A stretch of 64,000 bases of DNA from a virus (lineage: Duplodnaviria; Heunggongvirae; Uroviricota; Caudoviricetes). This document shows positions 1 through 10,838 of the stretch, in pieces. Location: IMG/VR virus record IMGVR_UViG_3300033077_000655. One strand, written 5' to 3'. Each line of letters begins with the position of its first letter. Positions within the stretch are counted from its first letter, which is position 1. The position numbers were made by a program, and so were the translations under genes. The notes under the pieces are model-generated. The model was not told where the DNA came from, made no database searches, and was given only the letters and a program-made list of their open reading frames with translations.

Positions 1-33
1 GTCAAGAAGGATCTCACACAGTATCTGGACAAG

Positions 34-393
34 TTGGAACAAAAAGCCAAGCAAGAAATACAAGACAAGAATCCAGCCAAACCTGACAATCAAGATGACT
101 ACGAAGAAGCTGCACAAGAAGAGTCCCAAGAACCCATGCTGAGTGGTACTGCCATGATGACGCCTGTGAGTGTGGGTGAATGTGGCCCTGTGAAAATTAT
201 CACACTGGAAGATGGCACATGTTTAGAATGCTGGGGAGATCAACATCGTGGATTTGAGATACGCCATCAAGACCGTGTGTTGCCCAGCCGATTTGGTACA
301 TTAGATGAAGCCGAAATGGCAGTGGAGATGTTTAGAGCACATCGTCGTTCATTGCCGCAAGATCCCAGTGAAGATTACTTAGAAGAAGCATAA
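34..393 (+). CDS. hypothetical acidic protein
   Basis: Complete ORF; its stop overlaps the next start (TAATATG). No recognisable motifs. Confidence 0.4.
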   Translation: MEQKAKQEIQDKNPAKPDNQDDYEEAAQEESQEPMLSGTAMMTPVSVGECGPVKIITLEDGTCLECWGDQHRGFEIRHQDRVLPSRFGTLDEAEMAVEMFRAHRRSLPQDPSEDYLEEA

Positions 394-394
394 T

Positions 395-3100
395 ATGATC
401 ATAGACGATTTTTTCAAACCCAAACTCACAGTTGCCGAAGCATCTGCTGCCAATGATTATTTCACACGCCGCAAGAGTGAAGAAGATCGTATTGCTGGTG
501 TCAAGGCTCCGGCCAAGAACAAAAAGAATCCTGCCAACACTGACTACGCTAAAAAGCGTAAACAGCAAGATGTGACCGAAGCCGGGCATGATCACCGCAG
601 GCGTGCTGCTGCTTCGCACGATGATGAAGAATGTTCATCATGTGATGGAACTGGTGAAGGTCGGCATGAAGGACAAAGTTGCGGTGCTTGCGGAGGATCA
701 GGTGTGGCCCGCGGTCAATATGATCACGATGATTTTGATATTCCAGACAAAGACGATATGTATGAAGATGTTGCAAAAACTTTGCCAATGAGTGATGCTG
801 TAAAAGTATTGCGTCAGTATGGTGCAGATCATTTCAAAACAACCAGCAATGAATTGCATTTTTATAAGAACGGCCGACCATTCAGTGTTGACTTGATCTG
901 GAACGACGATGCAACTCGTAGTGTAAGTTTGAGCCAGCTGAATTCAGCCACTCGTCGATTAAAAGGGCAAGGTGTGGCGGAAGCAAAACAAGAGCAGACA
1001 TACAAAGTATACATTCAGGACACTGACGGTTCGGAAAGATTGGGTGGTACTTTTGTTGCCAAAAGCCCAGCACACACTAGAGAATTAGCCAAAAAACAAG
1101 GTGTAAAAAATATTACTAGCATTGAATTAAAGCAAGGTGTGAAGAAAGGTGTGGCGGAGGCGTTCCCTAATCCAGGCTCGGGTAACACTGGCAGCAGTAA
1201 AGAAGACAAGCGGATAGCAGCCGCTCTACGAAAAAAGCATATACCCACTACACCTAATGACAAGAAAGAGCAAGGTGTGGCGGAGGGCAAACCACAAAAA
1301 AAAGCAGACCGTTATCACATCAATAAAGATGGTAAGCCGGCGACACTAGCAAGTTACCCCGATAAAGACAGTGCTGTTAAAGACCGCGACAGCAAGTATC
1401 CTGACGCCAAAGTTCATCAAGTTGGACCAAGAGGTAAAGTCAAGGGTGAGTTTGAGGAAGGTGTGGCGGAAGGCAAGGATGAAAAGATTGCCCAACTAAA
1501 GAAAGATCACGACACCGCAGTACATTGGAGCAAGAATGAAACAAGCCCACAGAAGCGTGAGGCTGCTCGTCGAAAGGCTGAGAAGATTAAAAGTCACTTA
1601 GAGAAACAATACAAGCAAGGTGTGGCGGAAGGCAGAGTTGCCCAACTGCCAACTCACGGTGCAGATTACAGCAAGTATGACACCGACCATTTGAAAACAA
1701 TGTTGCGACCTGGTATCTTACATCGTGATGAAGCAAGATTCAAATCACTTATTCGCCAAGAATTAAAGAAGCGTGAACAGCAAAGTCAGCAAGGTGTGGC
1801 GGAGGCTGTTTGGGATCGTCCATCACAATCATATGTCCCACGTGATGGTAGAACATTTGGACAAACAAATCACCCTAGAGAAGAACATTGTGATTTCTGT
1901 GGTGCCGCAACAGGACACGCAGGTACTGGTGAAGATAGTATTGAAGATGACGAAGGTAATGTTTATTGCGATGATTGTTATGCCGATCAGCAAGGTGTGG
2001 CGGAAGGTGAGGAAGAAAATATTGATCAGTTTATTAGCGGAAATTCACCAAATTTTAATGGTGAGAGTAATAGAGTAAGTGCTGACACAGCCCAGTACAA
2101 TTTTATAAACTTTCTTGAAAAGAAAGGTTTCAATGTAGACTATATCAACGATCAAGCATATCCTGTACTTGTGGCAATATGTCAAGGCAAAATGTGTGCA
2201 TGGTATGATTTTAAAAATGCGCACGGGTATGTTTCCGAGCAAGGTGTGGCGGAAGGCTTATCCAAGCGTGATCAAAAGGATGTGGCTGCGATCAAGGCCG
2301 CGATTGAAAGATTAGAGTCACAACTTAAACAACCTAATGCTGATAAAGAATCTATTCAACAAAGTATTGCCCACGAGCGGAAGCGACTGGCATTGTATAA
2401 GCAAGGTGTGGCGGAATCCAACACACTGATGAAAAAACTGCATCAAGCCTTGTTAAAAGAAGGCCGTGTGAAAGAATTAGCCGATGATCTCAAAACTCTC
2501 AACGACACCGAGTTCATGAAGAAATACGGCAAGGCCAAAGCTGCTATCCGCAAGGACATGAAAAAATTACACGAGGCAGTATCAACATTATCTCCTGAAC
2601 AACTTGCATATAATCAACTTAGAGCACAAATAGATAGCGCAAACTTTTTGCGTGGTGGTAATACTGCAAATACAGTTGTGAATACCACTCCTGAAGTACA
2701 AGCGTCTCAGGCCAATATGAATAACAAATTAGCTCAAATGGCCGCTGCATTAAAAGCCAAAGGCATAGATGCAGCAGCTGAGTATGATGCGCCAGAACCA
2801 GGTGCTGCTCCTGCACAACCTGTTGATCTAAATCAAAAGTACAATAGCAAAAATAAAGTGCAACAACCAGTGATAGCACCAGCTCAACCAGGTGTGGCAG
2901 AAGCACGTATGAGTGCAGCACAACGATTGAGCACGGCCTGGGATCGACAACGTGCCAAGAGTGACGCCAGTTTGGCAAGAACTCCCGGCTCAATTCCCAA
3001 AAAGCAAGAACCTAAGAAAGCAGACACTAATACAAAGACCGTAAGCGAACATCGTGTGCAACGTCGGACACTAATGGCGCAGATGTTAAACGGCCATTGA
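395..3100 (+). CDS. 901-aa Lys/Glu-rich protein with at least 11 dispersed QGVAE[GAS] repeats and two Cys-rich zinc-ribbon-like segments
   Basis: Long ORF. The DNA motif caaggtgtggcggaag recurs about every 150-250 bp. The protein contains CSSCDG...CGACGG and CDFCG...CDDCY segments. Confidence 0.6.
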   Translation: MIIDDFFKPKLTVAEASAANDYFTRRKSEEDRIAGVKAPAKNKKNPANTDYAKKRKQQDVTEAGHDHRRRAAASHDDEECSSCDGTGEGRHEGQSCGACGGSGVARGQYDHDDFDIPDKDDMYEDVAKTLPMSDAVKVLRQYGADHFKTTSNELHFYKNGRPFSVDLIWNDDATRSVSLSQLNSATRRLKGQGVAEAKQEQTYKVYIQDTDGSERLGGTFVAKSPAHTRELAKKQGVKNITSIELKQGVKKGVAEAFPNPGSGNTGSSKEDKRIAAALRKKHIPTTPNDKKEQGVAEGKPQKKADRYHINKDGKPATLASYPDKDSAVKDRDSKYPDAKVHQVGPRGKVKGEFEEGVAEGKDEKIAQLKKDHDTAVHWSKNETSPQKREAARRKAEKIKSHLEKQYKQGVAEGRVAQLPTHGADYSKYDTDHLKTMLRPGILHRDEARFKSLIRQELKKREQQSQQGVAEAVWDRPSQSYVPRDGRTFGQTNHPREEHCDFCGAATGHAGTGEDSIEDDEGNVYCDDCYADQQGVAEGEEENIDQFISGNSPNFNGESNRVSADTAQYNFINFLEKKGFNVDYINDQAYPVLVAICQGKMCAWYDFKNAHGYVSEQGVAEGLSKRDQKDVAAIKAAIERLESQLKQPNADKESIQQSIAHERKRLALYKQGVAESNTLMKKLHQALLKEGRVKELADDLKTLNDTEFMKKYGKAKAAIRKDMKKLHEAVSTLSPEQLAYNQLRAQIDSANFLRGGNTANTVVNTTPEVQASQANMNNKLAQMAAALKAKGIDAAAEYDAPEPGAAPAQPVDLNQKYNSKNKVQQPVIAPAQPGVAEARMSAAQRLSTAWDRQRAKSDASLARTPGSIPKKQEPKKADTNTKTVSEHRVQRRTLMAQMLNGH

Positions 3101-3114
3101 GTTAACCAAACCAC

Positions 3115-3143
3115 TTGCATGTAGTCAACACAGTTGCTATAAT
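3115..3143 (+). promoter_or_regulatory. sigma70-like promoter TTGCAT-N17-TATAAT upstream of the 3165 ORF
   Basis: TTGCAT at 3115-3120, a 17-nt spacer, TATAAT at 3138-3143. Confidence 0.45.
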
Positions 3144-3164
3144 GTATTTTTACTGGAGAACTCT

Positions 3165-3428
3165 ATGGACAATCAAAAAACATTCAATGGCGATCAGAAA
3201 ATCAAGCTGATCCAAATCATCAACGAGGGCATGCAAGTCACCCAAGAAATTGAAACACTTACAGGCGGACTCAATGATACCATCAAGGCCATTGCTGAAG
3301 AATTGGAAATCAAACCCGGTGTGCTGAAACGAGCCATCAAGCTGGCACACAAAGCTGAATTTGGTCGAGCCAAACAAGATCACGAATTGCTAGAAACTAT
3401 CCTAGAAACTGTGGGCAAGACTCTTTGA
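3165..3428 (+). CDS. hypothetical protein
   Basis: ORF with an RBS-like sequence upstream; follows the promoter at 3115. Confidence 0.35.
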   Translation: MDNQKTFNGDQKIKLIQIINEGMQVTQEIETLTGGLNDTIKAIAEELEIKPGVLKRAIKLAHKAEFGRAKQDHELLETILETVGKTL

Positions 3429-3733
3429 CACAGACATTTGCCGATTGGCGCAGCAGCGTAGCACAATATGTGCAGGCAGATTTCCGAGCATACCCTCTTA
3501 GATTTTGCTTGGAACTGTTAGGATGGTTTATATCGTTAGGATGTAGTTTGACCTATGCTATTACTGTACCCAATGTTCCGTTTATACTGTTGTATTTTGC
3601 TTTTATCATTGGATGTTTGATCATGGCGTGGTGTGCATACACCCGTGGCAGCTTTGGCATCCTAGGCAACTACTTGATACTAAGTATAATTGACAGCGCA
3701 GGGCTGATAAAACTGTTGTTACAACACAGTTGA
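3425..3733 (+). CDS. hypothetical membrane protein
   Basis: Hydrophobic segments; start overlaps the upstream stop. Confidence 0.35.
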   Translation: MTQTFADWRSSVAQYVQADFRAYPLRFCLELLGWFISLGCSLTYAITVPNVPFILLYFAFIIGCLIMAWCAYTRGSFGILGNYLILSIIDSAGLIKLLLQHS

Positions 3734-3787
3734 GAATCGTTCACTACACGAACATGAAACACGGCCACCAGCCATAATTGGAGATAG

Positions 3788-6454
3788 ATGAGTTACATTG
3801 ATGCACTATATGATCGAGCACACGATCGAATTCACGTTGTAGAACGCCGAGATGGCCGACGGGTATATCAAGAATATCCAGCCAACTATGTGCTTTACTA
3901 TGACGACCCACGTGGCAAGTTTCGTAGCATCTACGACACGCCTGTAAGTAGATTTTCCTCACGCAACAACAAAGAATTCCGCAAGGAAGTGCGTATGCAC
4001 TCCAGTAAGAAAATCTACGAAAGTGATATCAATCCTATTTTTCGTTGTTTAGAGGACAACTACAAAGGCCAAGACGGACCAAAGTTACACACAGCATTTT
4101 ATGACATTGAAGTTGACTTTGATCCAGAACGTGGATTCTCACCGGTAACTGATCCATTCAACCCAATCACCGCTATTTCAGTATACATGGATTGGTTGGA
4201 TCAGATTGTGACCTTGGCAGTACCACCGCGACACATGAGTATGGCAACTGCTAAAGAAATTGCCGCAGAGTTCGACAACTGCTTTATGTTTGAAAAAGAA
4301 GCAGACATGTTGAACACATTTCTAGACTTGATTGAAGATGCGGATATTCTCACTGGATGGAATAGTGAAGGCTATGACATTCCTTACACTGTGAATCGTA
4401 TCACCAGAGTGCTCAGCAAAGATGACACTAGACGTATGTGTTTGTGGAATCAGTATCCCAAGCCACGTATATTTGAACGATTTGGTGCAGAGAACCAAAC
4501 TTACGATTTGGTAGGACGAGTGCATATGGACTATATGCAATTGTATCGCAAATACACTTATGAAGAACGTCACAGCTATGCACTAGATGCCATTGGTGAA
4601 TACGAAGAAATTGGCCGAAAGACTGCATTTGAAGGCACACTGGATCAGCTGTACAACCAGAACTTCAAAATCTTTATTGATTACAACCGCCAAGATACAA
4701 TGCTGATTGGCAAGCTGGACAAGAAACTGAAATTTCTTAGCTTGGCCAATACACTGGCACATGAAAATACCGTGCTGCTGCAAACCACAATGGGTGCAGT
4801 GGCTGTGACTGAGCAAGCAATTATTATTGAAGCTCACGAACGTGGTATGGTAGTTCCTAACCGTAAAGAAAGACTCTCAGATGAAGACACGCAAGCCGCA
4901 GGTGCCTATGTTGCTTATCCCAAAAAAGGAATCCACGACTGGATTGGTAGTATCGACATCAACTCGCTCTATCCCAGTGCTATTCGGGCCCTTAACATGG
5001 GTCCAGAAACCATTGTCGGCCAACTCCGTCCCATAATGACTGACCGGCTGATTCGAGACAACATGACCAAGGGAGATAGCTTTGCTGCTGCTTGGGAAGG
5101 ATTGTTTGCCAGCCTAGAATACACAGCCGTGATGGAACAACAACGCGGTACAGAAATCACAATAGATTGGCAAGATGGCAATGAAACTGTGCATTCTGCT
5201 GCTGAAATATGGAAGATGCTGTTTGATTCAAATCAACCTTGGGTACTCAGTGCTAATGGAACCATATTCACCTATGAGAAAGAAGGTATCATTCCCGGCT
5301 TGCTCAAACGTTGGTATGCTGAACGTAAAGACATGCAGAAAAAAGCCAAGGAATACGAAGGCAAAGATGATGTGCAATTTGAATACTGGGACAAGCGACA
5401 ACTGGTCAAGAAGATTAATCTAAACAGTTTGTATGGTGCTATTCTCAATGCAGGTTGTAGATTCTTTGACAAACGTATTGGACAATCAACCACCTTGGTA
5501 GGTCGCAGCATTGCTAAACATATGGATGCATACGTGAACGAATGTATCACTGGTGAATACGATCACACAGGTAAAAGCATTATCTATGGTGATACTGATT
5601 CATGTTATTTCACAGCATGGCCCATGGTCAAAACTGAAGTCGAGGACGGCAGGATGGATTGGTCTGCAGAGACTTGTATTGCACTGTACAACTCCATTGC
5701 TGATCAAGTGAATGATAGTTTTCCAGGATTCATGGAACAGGCATTCCATTGTCCACGAGAAATGGGATCAGTTATCCGTGGCGGGCGAGAAATTGTAGCA
5801 CGTACCGGACTGTTTATTACCAAGAAACGATATGCTGTATTGTACATTGACAAAGAAAACAAACGTGTGGATGTGAATGGCAAGCCAGGCAAGGTCAAGG
5901 CCATGGGGCTTGATCTCAAAAGGTCAGACACGCCTGTGGTTATTCAAGAGTTCCTTAGCGATCTTCTAAATAAGGTTCTAACAGGAACACAGAGAGAAGA
6001 TATAGTGGCACGAGTCAGAGAGTTCAAATACGTATTCACAGAGCGACCAGGGTGGGAAAAGGGTAGTCCCAAACGTGTGAATAATTTAACCAAATATGGC
6101 AAAGAAGAACAACGACTGGGCAAAGCCAACATGCCTGGGCATGTTCGTGCTGCATTAAACTGGAACAATCTGCGACGAATGAATTCTGACAATTACTCAA
6201 TGCAAATTGTTGATGGTATGAAGACCATTGTGTGCAAACTCAAAAGCAATGCACTTGGGTGGACATCAATTGGTTATCCTACCGATGAACAACATTTACC
6301 ACAGTGGTTCAAAGACTTGCCATTTGATCATGTTGAGATGGAAGCCACTGTGGTAGATCAAAAGATTGATAATCTCTTGGGTGTGTTGGGATGGGACTTA
6401 AAGTCCAGCACCAACACAGCAAATACATTTACCAGCTTGTTCTCATTTGAATGA
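3788..6454 (+). CDS. DNA polymerase, family B (T4 gp43-like)
   Basis: Motifs DINSLYPS (motif A) and YGDTDS (motif C). 888 aa, with an exonuclease-like N-terminal half. Confidence 0.9.
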   Translation: MSYIDALYDRAHDRIHVVERRDGRRVYQEYPANYVLYYDDPRGKFRSIYDTPVSRFSSRNNKEFRKEVRMHSSKKIYESDINPIFRCLEDNYKGQDGPKLHTAFYDIEVDFDPERGFSPVTDPFNPITAISVYMDWLDQIVTLAVPPRHMSMATAKEIAAEFDNCFMFEKEADMLNTFLDLIEDADILTGWNSEGYDIPYTVNRITRVLSKDDTRRMCLWNQYPKPRIFERFGAENQTYDLVGRVHMDYMQLYRKYTYEERHSYALDAIGEYEEIGRKTAFEGTLDQLYNQNFKIFIDYNRQDTMLIGKLDKKLKFLSLANTLAHENTVLLQTTMGAVAVTEQAIIIEAHERGMVVPNRKERLSDEDTQAAGAYVAYPKKGIHDWIGSIDINSLYPSAIRALNMGPETIVGQLRPIMTDRLIRDNMTKGDSFAAAWEGLFASLEYTAVMEQQRGTEITIDWQDGNETVHSAAEIWKMLFDSNQPWVLSANGTIFTYEKEGIIPGLLKRWYAERKDMQKKAKEYEGKDDVQFEYWDKRQLVKKINLNSLYGAILNAGCRFFDKRIGQSTTLVGRSIAKHMDAYVNECITGEYDHTGKSIIYGDTDSCYFTAWPMVKTEVEDGRMDWSAETCIALYNSIADQVNDSFPGFMEQAFHCPREMGSVIRGGREIVARTGLFITKKRYAVLYIDKENKRVDVNGKPGKVKAMGLDLKRSDTPVVIQEFLSDLLNKVLTGTQREDIVARVREFKYVFTERPGWEKGSPKRVNNLTKYGKEEQRLGKANMPGHVRAALNWNNLRRMNSDNYSMQIVDGMKTIVCKLKSNALGWTSIGYPTDEQHLPQWFKDLPFDHVEMEATVVDQKIDNLLGVLGWDLKSSTNTANTFTSLFSFE

Positions 6455-7617
6455 AACTCAGTAGCATAGTTGGATACCTAAATCACCTGGACAGTCTTGG
6501 GGTGGAGTCAGCTGTGACTCTGGGAGATTTAACCAACATCAGTCATGTTGTTCAAACTAGTCAGGTGCAGATCCCCGGCTTAACTGATGAATTGATTGCT
6601 GCACAAAGTCTTGTTGAACTATCTTTACAACAGTACCATCAGAAACTAAACAATATACGTCAAGCTGTGCAGAAATTGATTGAGCAGCACGAGCCAGAAT
6701 ATTTTGCCGCCAGTGAAGATCTTTATCAAAGTATGCAGACGGACACACCTGACTACATACGGAATCGAATCTTGCCCATTGATACTGATAAGAAATTGAT
6801 GTTGCTGAATAGATTGCAAGTGCATTCTAACTGGAAGTATCCTGGATTGATGATCAGACCGGCGCATGGTCTCTGGCTTGAAAATTTAGTGGCGCTGGAT
6901 CCTATGTATTTTGCAGACACACACTGGGAGTTGCTTGCTCCGGTCATTGATCAATATACTCCAGAATATCAACGTAGGATACGGCGACATGTGATTGAAG
7001 AATATACAGATCAACCAGTATTTAAAAATCTACCTCAACAGCAGTTTGGATTTGTGTATGCATTTGGTTATTTTAATTTCAAACCATTAACAATCATCAG
7101 GCAATATTTGCGTGAAGTTTTTGGATTGCTGCGCACCGGCGGCACATTTTTGTTTAGTTTCAACAATTGCGACCATCAACATGCAGTGGGACTAACTGAG
7201 CATCATTTCTGTTGCTATACTCCGGGTAGATTGGTATATGAATATGCTCTAGAGCTAGGCTATGAGATTGTGCATGAAGGATCAGTAGATGGTGCCAATA
7301 CCTGGGTAGAGTTAAAGAAGCCAGGTATCATGACCACGATTCGTGGTGGACAAGCACTGGCTGCAATTGTTAACAAACCAATACCAGTAACTGGTCCAGA
7401 AGTAGTTGACATTTCCATCAAACAAATTTATAATAGCTTAGACCTAGACAAGTTACTCGAACTGGCCAAAACACTGACCATTGACATTTCGGCTGCCACC
7501 AGCAAAGGTATGTACAGTATTAAAAAAGTTCGAACAACTATAGATAACTTTCTGGATGAACATAACTTTCCAGAAGAACAACTGCAACAATTATTTAACA
7601 AAAGGACCACAAAATGA
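6451..7617 (+). CDS. hypothetical protein
   Basis: ATGA overlap with the polymerase stop; 388 aa. Confidence 0.45.
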   Translation: MKLSSIVGYLNHLDSLGVESAVTLGDLTNISHVVQTSQVQIPGLTDELIAAQSLVELSLQQYHQKLNNIRQAVQKLIEQHEPEYFAASEDLYQSMQTDTPDYIRNRILPIDTDKKLMLLNRLQVHSNWKYPGLMIRPAHGLWLENLVALDPMYFADTHWELLAPVIDQYTPEYQRRIRRHVIEEYTDQPVFKNLPQQQFGFVYAFGYFNFKPLTIIRQYLREVFGLLRTGGTFLFSFNNCDHQHAVGLTEHHFCCYTPGRLVYEYALELGYEIVHEGSVDGANTWVELKKPGIMTTIRGGQALAAIVNKPIPVTGPEVVDISIKQIYNSLDLDKLLELAKTLTIDISAATSKGMYSIKKVRTTIDNFLDEHNFPEEQLQQLFNKRTTK

Positions 7618-8336
7618 AAGACCATCTCTTAGACCTAGTACAACACACATTTGATCTTGGATGTATTGACTTGATCAAAATCTCAGGCACCGATGCTGCC
7701 ACCGCAGTAAATGGTGTTGCTGCTGACAATTCAGTTATCTTGGAAGCACAATTTGCCAACCCTGTTGCTGAGTTTATTGGCACGTTTGGTATGCCCAATC
7801 TTGGTAAACTCAAGACCTTGCTTAACTTGCAAGAGTATCGTGAAGATGCCAAACTGGCCATCACACGCAGAACCACAGGTGAGCCTGATGGTATCAACTT
7901 TGAAAACAAAGATGGTGACTTCCGTAACAACTACAGATTCATGACCAGTGAAGTTGTGAATGACAAACTTAAAACTTTGAAATTCAAAGGTGTAAATTGG
8001 CACATCACTGTTGATCCCACAGTATCTGCTATTCAACGTTTGAAAATGCAGTTCCAGGCCAACTCCGAAGAAACAAACTTTCAAGTCAAAGTTGAAAACA
8101 AAAATCTAAAATTCTTCTTTGGAGATCATTCTACACACAGTGGTAATTTTGTGTTTCACCCTGACATTGTGGGAACACTTAAACGCACTTGGTCGTGGCC
8201 GGTGCAGCAAGTTATCAGCATATTGGGACTGGTTGGTGACAAGACCATGAAGATCAGTGATGACGGCTGTATGCAAATCACAGTGGATTCCGGCCTGGCC
8301 GTTTACAACTACATTTTACCTGCACAAACCAAGTGA
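7614..8336 (+). CDS. hypothetical protein
   Basis: ORF with overlapping start. Confidence 0.45.
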   Translation: MKDHLLDLVQHTFDLGCIDLIKISGTDAATAVNGVAADNSVILEAQFANPVAEFIGTFGMPNLGKLKTLLNLQEYREDAKLAITRRTTGEPDGINFENKDGDFRNNYRFMTSEVVNDKLKTLKFKGVNWHITVDPTVSAIQRLKMQFQANSEETNFQVKVENKNLKFFFGDHSTHSGNFVFHPDIVGTLKRTWSWPVQQVISILGLVGDKTMKISDDGCMQITVDSGLAVYNYILPAQTK

Positions 8337-9877
8337 TCAACCAAGACAATCTCACAGCCAAGCAACTGGACTATGCCGTTTTTCTTCCGGCCATCTCGGG
8401 ATTCTATGCCACGTTTGTGGGCAAGCAACGTAATGGACCTTATGTAGATCCTGCACGCATGCCAGCCGGACTGACTGACATGGAAATGATGAACTGGCTC
8501 AACAGTACCAAAGCATTGTTTCCGTACAAGTGGAGTTTGTATTCAGGTGGGCATGCCAATCTAGATCTTGCCAAGCAAGACTGGTCGGAAGACATGGTTC
8601 GCAATCGTGAACCTGGCACATTCATGCTAGGCGACTCGGGCGGATTCCAGATTGCCAAAGGCTTGTGGGAAGGTGATTGGAAAGCCAACTCAGGCTGTGC
8701 CAAAGCACAAAAGAAACGTGCTGCTGTGTTAACATGGCTGGACAGTGTGAGTGATTACGGAATGATCTTGGATATTCCTACCTGGGTTATTCATGACAAG
8801 AAAGCATCCAAGGCCTGTCAGATCACCACACTGCAAGAAGCAGTGGATGCTACCAAGTTCAACAATGAATACTTTATGGCCCATCGCCGGGGCAAAGAAA
8901 ACGGTGGTGCCAAGTTCTTGAATGTTTTGCAAGGTGACAATCATACTTCAGCAGAACAATGGTATCAGGAAATGAAAGACTTTTGCGATCCTATAAAGTA
9001 TCCCAACACACACTTTGATGGGTGGAGCATGGGTGGACAAAACATGTGCGATGTGCATCTGGTACTCAAACGACTGGTGGCTCTGCGACATGATAACTTA
9101 CTGCAACAGGGCAAGCACGATTGGATGCACTTCTTGGGCACATCAAAGCTGGAATGGGCAGTATTGCTTACGGTGATTCAGCGAGCCATTAGAAAATATG
9201 TTAACCCTGCCTTTACCATATCGTTTGATTGTGCCAGTCCATTTTTAGCCACTGCAAATGGACAAGTATATCATCACATTGATCTGGCACACAACGAAAA
9301 GTGGTGCTATAGAATGAGCCCTATTGCAGATGACAAGAAATACAGCACAGACACAAGACCTTATGGTACAGCAGTGGTAGCAGATGGCCTGGTCAATCAC
9401 TTTGATGAAAGCCCACTCAGTCGATTATTGACCATGAAGGATATATGCATCTACCGGCCCGGTGATCTAAACAAGATTGGTAAAGAAGGCAAAACAAGTT
9501 GGGATTCATTCTCGTATGCATTGTTGATGGGTCATAATGTTTGGATGCACCTGGAGGCAGTACAACGTGCCAATCGTACATTTGATTCTGGATCATGGCC
9601 TTACATGATGTGGGACGAAAAAGGTGATCACACTCACTTTGCAGACATTGTGGAGGCTATCTTTGCCACCGACGATCGTGCAGAGTCAGAAGCCATAATT
9701 GAATCCTACAACAGATACTGGATGGATATTATTGGTACTCGCGGATTCAAAGGCAAAAAGGCCATGAATGCCAATACACAGTTTTCGGCATTATTTGATG
9801 TGGTAGAGGTTGACTCAGACTCTGAAGATATGTTAAACTCTGAAGCATTACAACAACTTGAACAGGATCAAGTATGA
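8333..9877 (+). CDS. dpdA: tRNA-guanine transglycosylase-like protein, candidate DpdA-type 7-deazaguanine DNA transglycosylase
   Basis: Contains the LGDSGGFQIAKG motif matching the TGT-family catalytic DSGGFQ block. Lies in the same operon-like run as folE, queD and queE. Confidence 0.55.
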   Translation: MINQDNLTAKQLDYAVFLPAISGFYATFVGKQRNGPYVDPARMPAGLTDMEMMNWLNSTKALFPYKWSLYSGGHANLDLAKQDWSEDMVRNREPGTFMLGDSGGFQIAKGLWEGDWKANSGCAKAQKKRAAVLTWLDSVSDYGMILDIPTWVIHDKKASKACQITTLQEAVDATKFNNEYFMAHRRGKENGGAKFLNVLQGDNHTSAEQWYQEMKDFCDPIKYPNTHFDGWSMGGQNMCDVHLVLKRLVALRHDNLLQQGKHDWMHFLGTSKLEWAVLLTVIQRAIRKYVNPAFTISFDCASPFLATANGQVYHHIDLAHNEKWCYRMSPIADDKKYSTDTRPYGTAVVADGLVNHFDESPLSRLLTMKDICIYRPGDLNKIGKEGKTSWDSFSYALLMGHNVWMHLEAVQRANRTFDSGSWPYMMWDEKGDHTHFADIVEAIFATDDRAESEAIIESYNRYWMDIIGTRGFKGKKAMNANTQFSALFDVVEVDSDSEDMLNSEALQQLEQDQV

Positions 9878-10380
9878 TACGAGCAGGACACGACGATGTG
9901 GCATTCTTCACCGGCACAGAAGTAGAACACACACCCGCATTTGGTAAAAAGACATTGTTTGTAGTAGGCTTGCAGACAGCAGATGATATTGCTGCTCACA
10001 TGCAAGGTTGCGAACATATCTACTTTGGTGCCAATCACAGTTTTCCCAACATCAACACCGACGATTATGTCAAGTGGTCCCGATGGCAAGATATGATTTA
10101 TCCCTTGTTAGATCTTGGTTATCTATGTACATTGGATATCAATGTTGCTCAAGTGGAGGGAATGTTAGAAGGTTCATTCACCGAGTATCACAACTTCATC
10201 CCAATGATATCAGTCAAGCTACCATACATCAAACTGTTAGGCTATAACGCCACACTCAAGCTGGATGACAAGGATTTTGCTGCTACCAACCCAGGCGTTT
10301 GGTGTCACAGCATACATGAACTACAAAAACGAGACCACTTTACTGACTGGTCTAAATATACCAAGGATCAAGTATTATGA
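9874..10380 (+). CDS. hypothetical protein
   Basis: ORF with overlapping start, inside the deazaguanine module. Confidence 0.4.
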   Translation: MIRAGHDDVAFFTGTEVEHTPAFGKKTLFVVGLQTADDIAAHMQGCEHIYFGANHSFPNINTDDYVKWSRWQDMIYPLLDLGYLCTLDINVAQVEGMLEGSFTEYHNFIPMISVKLPYIKLLGYNATLKLDDKDFAATNPGVWCHSIHELQKRDHFTDWSKYTKDQVL

Positions 10381-10829
10381 ATGAACGCAATCAAGCCTTG
10401 GCTGACTCCCGCAAACAAATTAAAAATCATGCAACACGTACAATCTTTGTACGATTCCAAAAGGAAGGCATTCATTGCTATCCAGCAGCAGCTACAGATC
10501 CTGCACTGGCCACAGGTGATGAATACGATGTATCTTTCTTAGCAAGCCCACACCGTCACATATTTCACTTTGAAGTGACCATACAAGTATTCCACAACGA
10601 TCGTGATATTGAGTTTATTCAATTCAAACGCTGGTTAGAAAATCTCTATGCCGGTGGCACATTAGAACTCAACTACAAGAGTTGTGAAATGATCAGCGAT
10701 GATTTGTATGAACAAATTGCTGCTCGCTATCCGGAACGTGGCATCATTATCAGTGTAAGCGAAGATGGTGAAAACGGTGCAACAATCAGTTATAATCTAA
10801 CACAACCTTATCAATCAATCAAACTCTAA
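10377..10829 (+). CDS. hypothetical protein
   Basis: ORF with overlapping start. Confidence 0.4.
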   Translation: MNERNQALADSRKQIKNHATRTIFVRFQKEGIHCYPAAATDPALATGDEYDVSFLASPHRHIFHFEVTIQVFHNDRDIEFIQFKRWLENLYAGGTLELNYKSCEMISDDLYEQIAARYPERGIIISVSEDGENGATISYNLTQPYQSIKL

Positions 10830-10838
10830 GAGGAAACT

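Noticed and set aside
332-1290. Minus-strand ORFs of 60-130 aa nested inside the large plus-strand genes. Examples are 332-619, 549-788 and 1015-1290, with many more across the window.
   Set aside because: They lie wholly inside well-supported plus-strand coding regions (polymerase, repeat protein and others), have no RBS and are low-complexity. They are treated as antisense frame artefacts.
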